Positions 62,195 to 64,000 of a DNA stretch of 64,000 nt are shown here, piece after piece; within the stretch, counting starts at the first letter, position 1; the number at the start of each line of letters is the position of its first letter. Under the pieces are notes generated by a model, which saw nothing but the letters and a program-made list of their open reading frames with translations, did not search any database and was not told the DNA's origin. The stretch comes from Spirochaetia bacterium (GTDB lineage Bacteria > Spirochaetota > Spirochaetia > CAKZLE01). The stretch spans positions 672,001 to 736,000 of the forward strand of contig OY782041.1 in assembly GCA_963677595.1 (NCBI GenBank), written 5' to 3'. The position numbers and the translations under genes were made by a program.

Positions 62195-63912
62195 TACAGC
62201 CTCCAGTCGATGTGCAGTTTCTCTACACCCCTCTGCTCTACAGCAAAGTCAAAGATGAGTCGTGAGACGAACAGGGCTGTGAACATTGAACTGACGATAC
62301 CGACAGCAAGGGTGTTTGCGAACCCTGCCACGGATCCTGAGCCAAGCTGTGAGAGGACCAGGGCCGCGATGAATGTCGTTATATTCGCATCCATGATGGT
62401 CCAGAAGGCTTTCTGGAACCCGGCCTTCACTGAGGCTTCAGCCGACTTACCGAGTCGGTACTCCTCCTTGATCCTCTCGAAGATGATGACGTTCGCATCA
62501 ACGGCCATACCCACAGTGAGGATGAGACCGGCGATACTGGTCAGCGTCAGCGTCAGGTTGAACGCTGAGAGGACTGAGAGCATCAGCACCAGGTTCATCA
62601 GCAGCGCGATGCCAGCGATGATCCCGGCCCTCCGGTAGTAGATCGCCATGAAGATGATGACCAGGACGAACCCGATCGCGATCGCACGAAGACCGCTCGA
62701 CACCGCATCCTCTCCGAGGGAGGCACCCACAGCCTGCTGGTTGATGACGTTCAGCTCGATCGGCAGCGCTGCCGTCTTGAGGACGATAGAGAGCGCCTGG
62801 GCCTCTTCCGAGGAGAAACCGGTGATCTGGACACTTGAACGGATGGGTTCGCTGATGTTAGCCATCGCCTTGACCTTGCCGTCCATGACGACCGCCATGG
62901 TCTCGTTGGTATGGGTGGAGGTCAGCTTGTAGAAGATCTCGCCGCCGTCATCATCGAGCTGGAAGTTGACGGTAGGACGACCGGTTATGGGGTTGGTCCC
63001 CGTTGTAGCCTCCATGATATGGATCCCGTCAAGACCGACTTCCTCTTCGAGGACTACGAGCCGCTGGAGCTCATCGATCCCGTAATCGTCTTCCACATAA
63101 TAGCCGGCAACGATCTTCCCTGCGTCAAGGAAGTCATGCTGCTTGATCGCACCGCTGTCGGTGAACTGCTCCGCAGGATTCTCGGCAACATACGCCTGTA
63201 CCTGCTGGGAAGCTTCCTCATCCACGATGTGGAAGGTCAGTGAGCCTTTACCGAGGAGGAACGAGTTGATCCGCTCAGGATCTGCCGCACCAGGCACATC
63301 GACGAGGATCTGGTCGGATCCCTGCAGCCTGATGTCAGGTTCGGTCACGCCGAACTGGTCGATCCTGTTATTGAGGATCTCCATATCTTCCTGTACCTTG
63401 GCTGAGACCTCTGCCTCGGAGATGTCCCTGCCGACCTTCTCGGCATATGCATCGGTATCTGCCTCGAGCAGCACACTCATACCGCCTGACAGGTCAAGAC
63501 CGAGCTGGAGGACAGAGGAGCTGTCTTCCTTGATCCCGATCAGATCAGACCGGTAGTAGTTTTCGATCGCATTGAACAATCCCTGCTCTGTTGAGAAGGC
63601 CCTCATCACATCTTCAACGGTCCAAGCCCCTGAAGGTGTATCAATTCCGCGACTCTTATATGAATCTTTGGCTACTTCTTTCAAGTAGTCGTAGTCTCCG
63701 GGGAGGGCATCTGAGACACTCATAGCCTTCAGGTCCCGGAGCTCCTGCGTCGCAAGACCTCGAGCATACTCTTTGATCTGCTCTTTCGATCCTGTCGCAA
63801 GGTCCTTTGTCTCCTGTGGTACCGCAAAGTACCAGCTGATCGTCGGATAGAGGAAGACCCCTGCGACAACCAGCACCAGGAGCACGATGAACAAACGTCC
63901 GCGTTTAGTCAT
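62194..63912 (-). CDS. secD: Protein translocase subunit SecD
   Basis: LGLDLSGG, RIDQFGVTEP, VGASLG, GMAVDANVIIFERIKEE, IMDANITT. Confidence 0.96.
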   Translation of the reverse strand: MTKRGRLFIVLLVLVVAGVFLYPTISWYFAVPQETKDLATGSKEQIKEYARGLATQELRDLKAMSVSDALPGDYDYLKEVAKDSYKSRGIDTPSGAWTVEDVMRAFSTEQGLFNAIENYYRSDLIGIKEDSSSVLQLGLDLSGGMSVLLEADTDAYAEKVGRDISEAEVSAKVQEDMEILNNRIDQFGVTEPDIRLQGSDQILVDVPGAADPERINSFLLGKGSLTFHIVDEEASQQVQAYVAENPAEQFTDSGAIKQHDFLDAGKIVAGYYVEDDYGIDELQRLVVLEEEVGLDGIHIMEATTGTNPITGRPTVNFQLDDDGGEIFYKLTSTHTNETMAVVMDGKVKAMANISEPIRSSVQITGFSSEEAQALSIVLKTAALPIELNVINQQAVGASLGEDAVSSGLRAIAIGFVLVIIFMAIYYRRAGIIAGIALLMNLVLMLSVLSAFNLTLTLTSIAGLILTVGMAVDANVIIFERIKEEYRLGKSAEASVKAGFQKAFWTIMDANITTFIAALVLSQLGSGSVAGFANTLAVGIVSSMFTALFVSRLIFDFAVEQRGVEKLHIDWRL

Positions 63913-64000
63913 TGTGAAACTCCATTAGAGATATTAATCAGAAGGGTCAACCCGGTACGGGTTCACCCCCTGCTCTCTCGTATTCTTATTTTTTTTCCTG

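Noticed and set aside
63941-64000. Hairpin and a minus-strand ...QEKK-stop at the window edge, perhaps the end of yajC
   Set aside because: Only a few codons visible; cannot be supported beyond a synteny expectation

Overview
A 64 kb chromosomal window from a GC-rich anaerobic spirochaete. The 16S 5' signature GGCGGCGCGTTTTAAGCATGC and a short TGS-less ThrS point to Spirochaetia, probably Sphaerochaetaceae-like; that placement is inference. Content is mostly housekeeping: plsC, ABC exporter, DEAD helicase, ftsK, uppP, rsmG-mnmG-mnmE, nfo, pepT, apgM, a complete minus-strand rrn operon (16S-tRNA-Ile-23S-5S), pgsA, thrS, ispH and secDF. No IS, prophage or CRISPR was seen. Items worth follow-up: (1) an RloA/RloB-like (AbiL/PARIS-type ATPase plus TOPRIM) pair with catalytic motifs substituted in both proteins; (2) a complete Thr T-box riboswitch (ACC specifier) upstream of thrS; (3) a GntR-larA-split uxaA-gntP catabolic operon with a palindromic operator, suggesting an uncharacterised epimerase-plus-dehydratase pathway; (4) a rex-adhE-hfs cluster (sensory and monomeric [FeFe]-hydrogenases with a SpoIIE phosphatase), with a shared GATA-N8-TATC motif at both alcohol dehydrogenase promoters and a structured intergenic hairpin; (5) repeated sigma70-like promoters 6-7 nt from SD-less ATGs, suggesting leaderless mRNAs; (6) an LPP20/FlgT-like lipoprotein plus beta-barrel trio. 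All protein calls come from motif recognition by eye, without database searches.
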